Of a stretch of DNA of 64,000 bases, positions 1 to 11,817 are shown piece after piece; within the stretch, counting starts at the first letter, position 1; each line of letters starts with the position of its first letter. The DNA is from Macrostomum lignano (taxonomy: Eukaryota). Under the pieces are notes generated by a model. It was not told the DNA's origin. It saw only the letters and a list, made by a program, of their open reading frames with translations, and did no database searches. Both the position numbers and the translations under genes were made by a program. The stretch spans positions 1,178,001-1,242,000 of the forward strand of contig NIVC01000010.1 in assembly GCA_002269645.1 (NCBI GenBank), given 5' to 3'.

Positions 1-1151
1 ATGATGCAGCAGTGATGGTGAACGGAGACTGGAGCATGAAGCTGGTCGCTGAGCTATCACCGATGGAGTTCACTGGATTGAACGAGTGGGCGCTGGCGAC
101 ACGCACAACTATTGGAACGAATGCAGAACGCGGTGTGGAGGACGAGCTGGTCGCAGTCGACATGATGAAGCGTCCTCAGCTTCCAGTGTCGAGCGAAGTA
201 GCGAGATCTGCGTGCTCCGAGAGAGCTCTCACGAACCTGTCCGCTCTGCAGCACAGTCTCGAGAGTGATCCATCGAGTGTGACTGCCAAACACGTACAGT
301 TCGAGACCTACCAAGCGAGGTCGCAGTCTCTGCACTCGGCTCTTGTTCAGCAGCCAGTGTACTTGCTTGCAAAGGCGGGCTTCTTCTACTCGGAAGCCGA
401 GAGAGCGACCTGCTGCTTCAGCTGCGGAGTTCGAATGAGCGAGTGGAGCTGCGACGATGATGTGTGGGTTGAGCACGCCAGGTGGTCACCTCGGTGTCCT
501 CACGTGTTGTTGGAGCGAGGTAGCGACTTTGTGCAGACAGTGCACCGACTGTCGCCTCCCGTGCAGCACCCGACTTGTGGCGCCTCTGCTCAGCGTCCCA
601 CTGCAGTGGTACAGACGGACTCAACTGCATCAGCTGGTGCTGCGACTGTCGACGGGTCTGCAGTCCGCAGCAGTCGCGCAGATGAGGCTCTCGCAGTCAC
701 ACCTGGAGTCGAGTTCAGAGTCGAGGCCAGAGACATCAAGGCGAGAGCCGACCTGCCCGTTGTGAGACTGCTCACTCAGCTCGGATTCTCCGCTCTGCAA
801 GTGAGACTGTTCACAGAGCTGCATCTCAGACAGCGAGGCGATGACTTTGCCACATCGGAGCTGTTCCTCGACTTCATGCTCACCGAGAGCCGCCGCATGC
901 GCAAGCAGTCGCAGGATCCGGAGGCGTTCTTCGAGAGCAGGATGTCTCAGATTCGGGAGTCTCTGAACCAACAGCCGAGACCCCGAGACACAACCGACTG
1001 GAAGACGTGCAAGGTGTGCATGGACAAGGAGGTGAACATCATGCTGCTGGACTGTGGTCACGTGGCCTGCTGCTCAGTGTGCGCCAAGTCGCTGAAGACG
1101 TGCCCCATCTGCAGAGCCTTCATTCGTGGGGTGGTATTTGTGCAAATGTGA
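1..1151 (+). CDS. IAP family protein copy 1 (5'-partial): BIR1-BIR2 linker, BIR2, UBA-like region, C-terminal RING
   Basis: Frame is open from the window edge and matches the internal part of the other copies. BIR motif C-FS-C-x16-H-x6-C, UBA-like LPVVRLLTQLGFS, RING CKVC..CGH..C..C..CPIC. The start lies upstream of the window. Confidence 0.93.
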   Translation, partial: DAAVMVNGDWSMKLVAELSPMEFTGLNEWALATRTTIGTNAERGVEDELVAVDMMKRPQLPVSSEVARSACSERALTNLSALQHSLESDPSSVTAKHVQFETYQARSQSLHSALVQQPVYLLAKAGFFYSEAERATCCFSCGVRMSEWSCDDDVWVEHARWSPRCPHVLLERGSDFVQTVHRLSPPVQHPTCGASAQRPTAVVQTDSTASAGAATVDGSAVRSSRADEALAVTPGVEFRVEARDIKARADLPVVRLLTQLGFSALQVRLFTELHLRQRGDDFATSELFLDFMLTESRRMRKQSQDPEAFFESRMSQIRESLNQQPRPRDTTDWKTCKVCMDKEVNIMLLDCGHVACCSVCAKSLKTCPICRAFIRGVVFVQM

Positions 1152-2843
1152 GTTGCAGTCGACCGATTGGATACAGGTTGATTAGCAACTTCTTCTGACT
1201 CGATATGTGATTTGTATGTCGGTGGCAAATGCACCAGAGAACTTGTAAAAAAGCTGCAACGTTGCTTCAACAGAAAAAATCATTCGTAGTCGGATGAATA
1301 AATCAATATTTGGTGAAGTAGGACAAAGCTTACATGGGAATTTCAGCTACGAGTATGTTGAAAGAAAGTGAGTTCTTCGTTCGGTGAATTATTCTAAGCT
1401 GCAATATCTAGAACGAAAGTAGGTGAATGCACAATATTCTTAAGAAATAAGCAATGGACTTTCTTACGCTTTTTAAAACTAATGGAACTTGCCCTCGGGA
1501 TGCTTTCAATGTTGACTCTCTTTTGTACAGATATGGATATCAATATGAGATCAATATTTTATGAGTGCAAGAGAGTGGCCTACGCCTGAAGAAAGCGACA
1601 TAAGTTTTTATAAAAGGATTTGTTTTCGGACTTTCAATACCGGAACTCATCAATGAAACATTTGCAATGTTTTTTATATGGAATTGCGAAGCTTTGAAAG
1701 CTAAAGACTGCTGCTGAAGTATTCGAAGCCGAGAGTTATAGTGTGCTTTCATCAGTCGTCGCAACAGTTCGCTTTTCATATCAAAAGCTTTGAACGTTGA
1801 CTCCAATCAAAATGACTTACTGTTTCTGAAAAAGTTCACAGATTTCGGCATGGGACTCAAGCCAGAACGGAAGTCGGTGACGTCATGAATTGCAAAAATC
1901 TGTATAGCTTTTGCATAGATTTTGCGATGAGACGCCTTTTTGAGAACTTGGACCTCTGATCTTTGATTTTCAATCCATTTAAAGTAACAAATATTTTATT
2001 CTCACTAAGTTATCGTACAAGTAGCTTATCGCAGTAGGAATATTTGCAAATTTTAATAGAAGTAAATATTGTTTTCTTATATTATAATTTTAATTATATT
2101 ATACGCTCGTATTATTCACTGAATGGCTTGTCGGTACAATGTCATTGTAGTTTTCTTCATCTGATAATTATGTTGTGCATATGTAATGGAAGTACTTCGT
2201 GTAAGGCTTTCGATAGATTTAAAACATCTGAACGCATTTGTCCGTGAACGGAAAGAATCCACTGTACGGTACATCGAATCGCTTTACATGACACATCATC
2301 GCCAATTTGAATAGTTTTGATTCTTGCAAAAGAAAAGGCATGATAGTATGAAAGAAATGTTAACGAAGTTTAGTGGCTATGTTTGTAAATTGAATTGGAA
2401 TGGAACTTTTATTAAGGTATTTTTTAACTGTTCCAGCAGGCTCCTACCTCGTTATCCTTATCCTTCACACTCCAATCTCTTTCTTTCTTTTTTCATCAGA
2501 TCCTCTTTGATCCTAGTCTGCTTCCACCCTACTCTCCACCGTAATCTGCATCCTCTACCTCTCGCACTACCGTTATGATGTTCTATCTCATTTGCCTACA
2601 TTTTCACACTAAAAAACGTAGGCAAACAGTTAAAAAAGTCTCGTAAAGTCAAGAAGCCAGCTCATGCAGCTTCAGATGGTGCTGCGGTGCCAGTGAGCCA
2701 ACAAAGTCCGGCCGTTCCATTGAAGCCATCAGAGGCCATTACTTATACGATGCAGATGACTTCAGGCTTGGTCCCGCCCGAATTGAAGTCCTGAAGGTAC
2801 TGGGCGAAATAACCGTTAGCCCCCGCACCCTTGAATCGCGGCA

Positions 2844-3795
2844 TCATGCAGAATCGTTGCTGCCGCCAGTCTGACCGAAGATGCTCGATAAGGAGCGGAC
2901 CAGTTGGCTCAGGATGTCACCTGCGCCGCAAAAAGACATCTGCATCGCTGACGAGCTCCTGTTGGTGGCGGCTGCAGTCACCGACTGGCCGCTTATGTCG
3001 GTGACGCCTCCGCCTGCAAACTGATGAGCCACGTCAGCGGCATTCGCCGTCGAGTAGCACCGTCGGTGGCTTCGGCCGTTGCCAGCTGCAGACGACATCG
3101 CAGAGTCGCTGGCGAAGTCTTCCAGCCGCTCCCGGTTGGTGTTGCGAACATCGTCACCGATGGCTGCTTGGATGCCGCCGCTGTCGCTGACATTGCTCTG
3201 ACTGGCTGCAACCGGTGACATCGCTGGAGAACAGGGAAGGGTTGAGCTGATGCTGGAGGCACCAATTTAAAAAGTGTAATGTTCAAGTGTTTCCAGTTTC
3301 ATCAACTCATTTCACATGTTCATCGATCGATCATGTTAGATCGTTTAGCTCCTAACTTTCTAGCTACATGTATACTATTTAATGCTTTTTTAGGCCTTCA
3401 TCTTTTACGCAAAACGGTATGATTCAGTGTCTTGAAATCATGTCACGGTTGGTCGTTTGATGAGCGTGATTTTTGGCTGGAGTAGAACTGATTGATGGAT
3501 GTTATTTTAGACTTGACGGGGGGTCATTTTTAAGTTGATTAGTGAATTCTTGGAGCTCTCTACCTTCCGACTGTCCATAGCGCCCGCCTCTGTCGGGTGA
3601 AGCTGACCCGGTTTCGAAGCTGACTGCCATGGATGACTCGGATCCTGCAGTCGATTGTTGATGCAGCGACATAGCAGCCTGACTCAGATTGTGGAGTTCA
3701 TGAGCATCTGCATCTGTAGGAAGCGACAGGTCGTCTTCTGCTGACAGCCCGCTGAATTCCGAGGCCAGGTCCGGCTCGTTCGTTGTGTTTGGCAT
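2844..3795 (-). CDS. Candidate two-exon orphan gene, join(3795..3564, 3223..2844), 203-aa acidic Ser/Ala-rich protein
   Basis: TATAAATA at 3840-3833, ATG 3795, donor GAAG|GTAGAG (phase 1), pyrimidine-rich acceptor CCCTTCCCTGTTCTCCAG|CG. The join is 612 nt and in frame, and both exons are GC-rich against an AT-rich intron and flanks. No recognisable domain. Confidence 0.5.
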
Positions 3796-3830
3796 TTCCG
3801 CAGGACAGAAGAGGGAGAGGCTGGCACAAT

Positions 3831-3840
3831 ATTATTTATA
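3831..3840 (-). promoter_or_regulatory. TATA box of the candidate orphan gene
   Basis: TATAAATAAT on the minus strand ~36 nt upstream of ATG 3795. Confidence 0.4.
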
Positions 3841-5167
3841 AGCGGCCAGCTAGCTATAGCTGTTTACGGGGAGGAAAACAGCGTACGTAAAATTATACAT
3901 TGAAATGTACTACGAGCTACCTTTTATTTCGCTATACTAGTCAAGAAATTTCCGTGGCAGTTCCATGGAAAAACCGCGGCATATTTTCAAACCCGGATCC
4001 GTAAGCCTTGTGCAATCAGTGTATAGTTTAGAACTAACTGCGCAAACTCTAGGCCTGGCCTACATTATGAGAGTTGTGAGTTGTGCCTTATTGTTGAAGG
4101 TTTCCTTTTCTCTAAGGCTGTTTCGAATGACAAAAATTGTAATTACATGACTAGCAAAGATTTCTGTTTAGCTGCTTTAGTAAATGATATCTGCTAGGTG
4201 AGATGGCTTGAAAGAGAATGGATTTCCAGAAGGTGGATTCCCAGTGGCTTAGAAATAGAATTCCAGAAGAGCTGCGAGCGTACAAAGGATCGGTACTGAA
4301 TTCTCTGGGTGAGCAGTTTGTTGCAAATGTGCGCGCTATTTTTATCGCTATAAATAGAACACGAGCATGTGCATGCGTGGACTTACAGTTTTGGTAGATG
4401 TGCGTCGAAAACTGCACTAGCGAATCAGAAGTTTTAACCGACTTCTTATTTTCCTTCCAATTGTTCAATGCGTGTGTATAAATGGAAAACCCGAAATCAT
4501 AGCAACAATTCCAAGCCAAGTACGTGTGCAATCACTGCTGAAACAATCGTACGATACTGAGCACGCAAGCTTTCCGGACATCATTCAGCTATTGTGCTAA
4601 GGTAGGGAATCTGCAGTGCAATTAAGGTATTTTAGAAACCATATACATTAATACGTTCAGCTGAGTAAAGAATCAAAACCATACTCGACCTATTTTAATC
4701 ATTAGCCGCTTTACTTAGTTTTTCTTAGTTTTCTTAGTTCTTCACAATTCCTTTTTCACTTACTAGTTTTTCACTCACTTACTTGTTATACTCTCGTACA
4801 TGTATGTGTTAAAAGAGTATAAATGGGGTATATGTACAACAGACAAAGTAAAGTTTGAATTTGCATAGATCTACACGAGTACATATTATATCAATTTGAA
4901 TAGGCTGTAGATGAAGACCGAAACGAGCTAGAATATCGAATCGCATAGCGTCGAGGCGTAATGACTTGTTTTGGCCAAGCAGCCTATCTACACTTGGCAA
5001 CATTTAAAAGTTTTCACTCTTATGCGGGCGCGAAAAATCGTCAAGATCTGTTAGTACTTTTGACCATAGACAAATAGAGTAGCTGAAAATTCTTTCAGTG
5101 GGTGGAAACTGAATATTAGCGTTGTAGTTGTAGTCTAAGCTATTTCACGGCTATTTCACGAATTCAT

Positions 5168-5970
5168 GGGCGGTATGAACAAAAAAAGAGAAACTTTTTT
5201 TCTTGCAAGAAAGCGAGAATTTCTTGGCTTTTATTGAATACGAAAATTACTTTTTCTCGCGAGAATTTCTTCTGAAGATTTTCTTATGAGATTTTGAGAC
5301 AAGAAAATCTTGCTAAGAAAATCTGTAAAGAAAAAGATTTTCTTGCTCTCGTATGAATAAAATCACCCTTTTCTCAATGTCTGTGTAAAAACTAGAGTTT
5401 TTGACGAGCTCCTTCTTCTAAAGCTCAGACACTGAATTTCTATCACTGAATTTTTTTCTTGCTTTAGATTTGAAATGTTTGCATTAATAAGGAAGCGCAA
5501 GGCGTATCAGCCACGACAGGCCTCTCCCCTTGGCATACCACCAGCTGCATCGGTTTTCTGAGGAACACGTGTCCCTCCTGGCAGAGAACTTTTTGCGGGA
5601 ATCAACAGAGACCAGAGGTGGTGCTTTGTCTTCCAAGCAGAAGATAGAGGTCGCTTTGCGATACCTCAACAATCCCGGCTTCTAGTCGGGCGTTGCGAAA
5701 GAGACTGGCGTACATCAGAGCACAGTGTCAAATACTGTCTGGGATGTTTTGCAGCAGATTGCAGCACACTCAATCGACTGGATTCGCTTTCCACGAGACC
5801 TTGCAAAGGCAAATGAGGTAAAGCTCCGATTTTCCGCAGCCACTGGATTCCCATCTGGGATTGGAGCAATAGACTGCACGCATGTTCGAATCGAGAAGCC
5901 TGCAGGAGTTTTCGGGGACGAGTATATCAATCGTATGCCGAGATTTTCTCGATTTTTATTCATACCGCCC
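5168..5970 (+). mobile_element. Internally deleted PIF/Harbinger element with decayed transposase fragment
   Basis: TIRs GGGCGGTATGAAYAAAAA (5168-5185) and TTTTTATTCATACCGCCC (5953-5970). Frame reads RGGALSSKQKIEVALRYL..F*SGVAKETGVHQSTVS..WIRFP..FPSGIGAIDCTHVRI, typical of HARBI1-like transposases. In-frame TAG at 5683, truncated after YINR. Confidence 0.85.
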
Positions 5971-6977
5971 TGGGAGAGAGAAACTACTGCCTCTGTGTTA
6001 GACCCTGTTCCACTTCTCTATCCCAAGCATTCTGATTGTAGCTCGTAAATTCATCAATTGTTTTGCATAGAATACAGCATGCAGAAGAAGTAAGATCATA
6101 TCTCATTCTTGCTGCTGCAGCTTTTAATTTAAATATGAGCTCAGTCTCTCCTCATTCCTCAGTCAGCTTCCAATCCTGCGCCAAGTAACCCTACAAAAGT
6201 TGTTGGAAAATATCACAATGTATTCTGGCACTGTACGCGATAGGAAAAAAGAAAAACAATTAAGAACTCCAGAGTATGATCAGATTTTGGTTCAAATGGC
6301 ATCCTTGAGACGGCAGAACCTACATGTAACACACTATATTCACCCAATTTTCAGATAGCAGCTACTTCTACCGACTCTCTAGCGGCTCTCGTCAGCTTCG
6401 GCTGCTCCCAAGGCGTTGATCTTGAACCTGTAGGAACTCGATGTGTGCGCAGAATTATTTCGATCAACCAACTGGGTCTTGTTCAAAGTGGAGTTGTCGA
6501 GTTACAGATACGAATTTTGCCTTCCTACGGGTATTGGCATTCTCAGCCTCGGAGGTAATTCCACTAAGCATAGCAGTGCTTAAAATATCAAAAAGAATTT
6601 TTACAATAGTCTTAAGAGTTTACTGTGAAAAAACCAACAATGATAATCTAAATTTCCATCAATTTAAACCGAAGTTAATTACTAAAATCAATACCGAAAA
6701 TTTTTAGTTCCATGTTAAAGTGGCAAACCCACGGAAAGTCCAAGGAAATGCCTTCTTATCATTTGGCCAAATTTACCCACCATTAAAAATAGACTGTACG
6801 CTCGTACAGCCTGTACAACTGAATTCTAAAAATAGCTCCTCCGTATTCCCCACAGTACACACCGTGTTCTAAAAGCCCGAGACAAGAGAGTTGAGAGTTT
6901 AGTAATGGTGCAGTGCAGTGCATACAGTTCGTAAAATTGGACATCGTTGGTATGGATAATTTTTTCTCCTTGCTTTT

Positions 6978-7008
6978 TGGGCGCCCCAAAGGGGGTATAG
7001 ATTGCTAG
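6978..7008 (+). mobile_element. Helitron 3' terminus (D-type)
   Basis: GCGCCCCAAAGGGGG hairpin followed by TAGATTGCTAG|T; closely resembles the Helitron end at 44570-44601. Confidence 0.6.
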
Positions 7009-7020
7009 TCCACCTTTAAA

Positions 7021-7268
7021 AATAATAATTACACCTGCCCAATGGGCAGATGTGCAACTGACAGCTCAACTATTACGCGGGGCATCCTGAAGGCTGCGTA
7101 CGGCTGTTTACTCCAAGGACTAAGGGGACGCCACACACACACCTCAGTTACCCCAGCTAAAGCTGGCCCATTTTACAGCTGGGTGAACTGAAGCAATGCA
7201 GAGTTAAGTTAAACATTGTTCCAGGTGGGTCGAAAATCAAACCCCGACCTTTCGTGAGTCCGATGCTG
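7021..7268 (-). mobile_element. tRNA-derived SINE, 5'-truncated
   Basis: (TTA)n tail on the minus strand, central CCCATTTTACAGCTGGGTGAACTG..AGAGTTAAG domain resembling conserved SINE cores, and a partial tRNA-like head. Same tail and head as the 59244-59329 copy. Confidence 0.65.
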
Positions 7269-7479
7269 AAAACAATAAACTACAACCCCTATAAGCTTTA
7301 GAGCTTTTAGTTTTTGACAGTTGTTCCTAATAACATTTCATTATTTAAAGGTCAAATTAAAACTGTTTTAGAGAGAAACGACTTTCAACAAGAGGCTACT
7401 GAAGCATCGAGATAACAAAATAATAAATTAATAAAAACAACTGCTACACGACTTTTTTCTCCGAGGATTGGTTTGAATC

Positions 7480-9435
7480 ATGAATCATCTCAACTTTCGA
7501 AGCGTGTTTCAGTGGCAATTGGACTCATCTTATTCAACTCAAACGGTCCAAATTCAAAATCAATCCCAGCGACAAGCCGTAGACATCAGCGATGTTGAGC
7601 TCACTAGCAATGCGGTCATGGAAACAGCAGATTTTAATAGAGCTCAATCAACAGACAATACAATATCAAACCCAAGTGTTAAAAATTCATTAGCTGTTGC
7701 ACAAAAAGCCATAGCTGACACAGAAATGGCCAAGCAGCGAATGCTCATAGCAGCTCAGCATCGAGTTTCAACATACTTTGGTACACCTGACGCGCGACAA
7801 TTGGTACAAACAGGTAAGAGCAAGGTACTGCGGTACTACAACAACAGCACACCTGGTGGCAGAGCGTCCTCCGTGCCGCAGACTCTGGACTTCCGCAATC
7901 AGCGATGGGACACGAGTGGAATGCCGGCCTCGATTCCACAACACCTGTGGGACATGAGACGAGAGGAGAACAGGTGGCAGTCCTTCCACCTGCCAGATGC
8001 CAGCTTCACAGCGGCTCACCTGGTGTCAGTGACGGATCTGGCTGCTGACGGATTCTTCTACCTGCAGGAGTCGGACAGAGTAAAGTGTGCATTCTGCAAG
8101 GGTGTGCTCAAGGACTGGGAGGCGGGCGAGCAGGTCCGAGAGGCTCACAGACGCCACTTCTCCACCTGTCCGTTCGTGTTGTTCGTCGAGGTCGGCAACG
8201 TGCCTCGAGACCACAGAGAGCCGGAAGGAGTCTCGAGGTCAGCAAAGCTGGTAGAGGCAGTGCAATGCTGTGATCAGACTGCAGATGATGATGCAGCAGT
8301 GATGGTGAACGGAGACTGGAGCATGAAGCTGGTCGCTGAGCTACCACCGATGGAGTTCGCTGGACTGAACGAGTGGGCGCTGGCGACACGCGAAACTCGT
8401 GCATCGAATGCAGAATGCGTTGTGGAGGAGCTGGTCGCAGTCGACATGATAAAGCGTCCTCAGCTTCCAGTGTCGAGCGAGGTAGGGAGATCTGCGTGCT
8501 CCGAGAGAGCTCTCACGAACCTGTCCGCTCTGCAGCACAGTGTCGAGAGTGATCCATCGAGTGTGACTGCCAAACACGCACAGTTCGAGACCTACCAAGC
8601 GAGGTCGCAGTCTCTGCACTCGGCTCTCGTTCAGCAGCCAGTGTACTTGCTTGCAAAGGCGGGCTTCTTCTACTCGGAAGCCGAGAGAGCGACCTGCTGC
8701 TTCAGCTGCGGACTCTGCATGAGCGAGTGGAGCTGCGACGATGATGTGTGGGTTGAGCACGCCAGGTGGTCACCTCGGTGTCCTCACGTGTTGTTGGAGC
8801 GAGGCAGCGACTTTGTACAGACAGTGCACCGACTGTCGCCTCCCGTGCAGCACCCGACTTGTGGCGCCTCTGCTCAGCGTCACACTGCATTGGTACAGAC
8901 GGACTCAACTGCATCAGCTGGTGCTGCGACTGTCGACGGGTCCGCAGTCCGCAGCAGTCGCGCAGACGAGGCTCTCGCAGTCACACCTGGAGTCGAGTTC
9001 AGAGTCGAGGCCAGAGACATCAAGGCGAGAGCCGACCTGCCCGTTGTGAGACTGCTCACTCAGCTCGGATTCTCCGCTCTGCAAGTGAGACTGTTTACAG
9101 AGCTGCATCTCAGACAGCGAGGCGATGACTTTGCCACATCGGAGCTGTTCCTCGACTTCATGCTCACCGAGAGTCGCCGCATGCGCAAGCAGTCGCAGGA
9201 CCCGGAGGCGTTCTTCGAGAGCAGGATGTCTCAGATTCGAGAGTCTCTGAACCAACAGCCGAGACCCCGAGACACAACCGACTGGAAGACGTGCAAGGTG
9301 TGCATGGACAAGGAGGTGAACATCATGCTGCTGGACTGTGGTCACGTGGCCTGCTGCTCAGTGTGCGCCAAGTCGCTGAAGACGTGTCCCATCTGCAGAG
9401 CCTTCATTCGTGGCTCAGTGTTTATTAAGATGTAA
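7480..9435 (+). CDS. IAP family protein copy 2, 651 aa (110-aa leader + BIR1, BIR2, UBA-like, RING)
   Basis: Intact single-exon ORF with two CX2CX16HX6C BIR motifs (LAADGFFY..CAFC; LAKAGFFY..CFSC) and a C3HC4 RING. Confidence 0.95.
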   Translation: MNHLNFRSVFQWQLDSSYSTQTVQIQNQSQRQAVDISDVELTSNAVMETADFNRAQSTDNTISNPSVKNSLAVAQKAIADTEMAKQRMLIAAQHRVSTYFGTPDARQLVQTGKSKVLRYYNNSTPGGRASSVPQTLDFRNQRWDTSGMPASIPQHLWDMRREENRWQSFHLPDASFTAAHLVSVTDLAADGFFYLQESDRVKCAFCKGVLKDWEAGEQVREAHRRHFSTCPFVLFVEVGNVPRDHREPEGVSRSAKLVEAVQCCDQTADDDAAVMVNGDWSMKLVAELPPMEFAGLNEWALATRETRASNAECVVEELVAVDMIKRPQLPVSSEVGRSACSERALTNLSALQHSVESDPSSVTAKHAQFETYQARSQSLHSALVQQPVYLLAKAGFFYSEAERATCCFSCGLCMSEWSCDDDVWVEHARWSPRCPHVLLERGSDFVQTVHRLSPPVQHPTCGASAQRHTALVQTDSTASAGAATVDGSAVRSSRADEALAVTPGVEFRVEARDIKARADLPVVRLLTQLGFSALQVRLFTELHLRQRGDDFATSELFLDFMLTESRRMRKQSQDPEAFFESRMSQIRESLNQQPRPRDTTDWKTCKVCMDKEVNIMLLDCGHVACCSVCAKSLKTCPICRAFIRGSVFIKM

Positions 9436-11817
9436 TTTGCTTAAACATTAACTTAGTTTTCGTTTTAAACATAATATAATTTAGCAGTGTCTGTAATTTT
9501 TCTTTCGGGTATTGACCCAAAATTATTGACCCCACCTGTGCCTTCATGAATTTATAATCTATTTAGAAATTTTCTTCCTTTTTTATTCTTCATTCTTTAT
9601 TTTCCTCGCTTGTTGCCTTCTAAAATAAATTTAATTCGCTGTACTTATCTTTCATCAAAAAATGAATCATAGGAAATAATATTGCTGTTCTTTGCTTTAA
9701 TTCTGTTTCTACGCTGTTATTACCGCGTGCGCATGCTTCGTACCCCATATCCTTGATTTTTATCGTACTCGTACTCGTACATTTTCAATGGTTATTTGCT
9801 TGTGAACGGGAACCAAAATAAATAGATTCTCCTTAATTGTAGCTTTTAACGCGCGTGTAATGCAAGCTAAAAGCTACTGTTGTAAGAAAGAAGACCCCAA
9901 TTTCATATGTATTGCAGTCTTCTACATTTTTTGTTGAGATTAAAGATGATAGCTACGGAATAGCTATCATATAGCGAATACTCTAACTGAGAATTACAGA
10001 ATCGGGTTTAATATCCTACATGTACATAAGCATGGCTTGTTATAAATCAGATTGAGCTATAAATGTATGTGAAACTGGAAGTTTCAGGCTGTACATTAAT
10101 GGAAAAATCGAGCAGAATAGTACCTGAATAAAACCGGAATAGTAAGAGATTGTCGTCAGAAATGCTTTGTGAAAATCTTTCTGACATTGTTTTCGAGTAA
10201 CCCGGAGATAAAAACCTGGACATATACGGTGAACCTGCACTTGTCTAGATGATAATGCTTTGGAGAAGGTCGGTCGCAAGGGTTCAGAGAGAACACATGA
10301 TTGAGAAAAAAGAATCCATACCTGTATAAAAAAACTTCTCGGATTAAAAATAAAAAGGGGATAAATAACATATTATCACGAGTAAGATGAGGCGCCGCGG
10401 CCTATATATCGCATAATTGGATGGCATCAAAATTCCATGAATTTTGTTAGTAATGTAAACAAAAGTTAAATTTGTCATGCAGATTAGGCAAGACTCCAGC
10501 TGTTGAATTTTCCAGGCTCAGTGGAGCGTTCGTGTTATCAAAGCTGGGCTATTCAAGATTCTTCTGGATATACAAGTACGAGCGTAAGTAGAATGATGGA
10601 TATAAATTTTTATACACCATGTATTTTATGTACATGTAGACCTAGCGAAGGGGTAGATTGAAATTAACCGATGTTGATCCTTGACTAATAAGACAATACT
10701 CTAGATAGAAAATACTAAAACAATACTACGAGCGTAAAATGAAGCTTTTGATCGTTTTCACTAAACTTAGTCTTTGTTGAACGGTTGAGTATATAGATGT
10801 ACGACGTATTCGATATTTATTCTCGTATTTCGCAGAAGGAACCAGTTCCCTAAGCATACATGTACATGTATACCTGACCAAGTCTTACATGTAATTGGAT
10901 TTCGCAAATCTCATTCTGTAGCATCTGAAAGTGAGCCACCGCTACATTGTAAGCAGTAAATTATTTTGGAGAAAATTAAAGTTACCATCATTTCGTCACA
11001 AGCAGCTCATCGTGTAGCCGATAGCAAATGAAAATAATAATGCTTTCAAATAAATTGTTTTACTTGAGTATCAAGCGTATTTTCTTCTTCATTTAGTTCA
11101 AACTCCACGGTGGTCATCAATTGTTAGCATAGAAGCAATGATTTAGATGTAAATTGCAAGTAAATGTACATGTACATGTATATAGCCATACTGCTTATAT
11201 AAAGTGGTAGGAATTGAAGCTACGTCGACAAAAAAGTTACTCTTTGTATTTTGTGTTTCTCCCAGTAATAATGCGCGCCTGCTTCTGTTTTTTGTTTTTT
11301 TCTGCCATGGGTTCTTCCCGTACAGCAATCTGACGTCGTGCATGGTGACGTCTGGCCGTCGATGTCAGGTTGTACTTTCACATTACGCCAACGTCGGATT
11401 GCTGTACGAGCTTGTCTGTCCCACCCTGTAGTCCCGCGTTGTTAGAAATGACAAGCCAAGGCGAGCAATTGCTATGAAACGAGAATCACGACAGTTCTGA
11501 GCCAATGCTCAGTGCGAAACTATTTATTATCAACGATAAAGCACAAACCCGCGACAACCCCCCAACCCAGGACTAAAACTCACCGCACTGCACATCAGAG
11601 CACGATGACAATAATAATTTGACGCGTACACTCACACAGAACAAAAGTACAAGCACCAGTGGAATGAGCAATCAGAGTAAACAGTGCGAAGCCCCGCCCA
11701 AGCCCAACACGCGTCATCCTGCACTGGTTTCACTCGGTGGGTCCTCATTTATCACCCGGGCGTACCCCCCCCCCCTTTCGTATCCGGTGGCTCATGAAAG
11801 CCTACATCTTCTTCTAA

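Noticed and set aside
57-1061. Antisense and alternate-frame ORFs overlapping each IAP copy (e.g. MLNPHIIV.., MMCGLSTP.., MTTVQQHD..)
   Set aside because: Shadows of the GC3-rich IAP frame, repeated only because the core is duplicated, and broken differently in different copies.
1540-1990. Possible DNA-transposon remnant (CGGAAGTCGGTGACGTCA motif; 88-aa minus ORF)
   Set aside because: No paired TIRs or transposase motif identified.
7480-9435. Viral (baculovirus-like) origin of the intronless IAPs
   Set aside because: No viral genes nearby, and a UBA-like segment plus spliced host-type leader fit cellular IAPs; phylogeny would be needed to revisit this.
11430-11780. Possible solo or 3' LTR on the minus strand after a purine tract (GAAAGGGGGGGGGG)
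   Set aside because: No TG..CA termini, TSD or second copy could be established.
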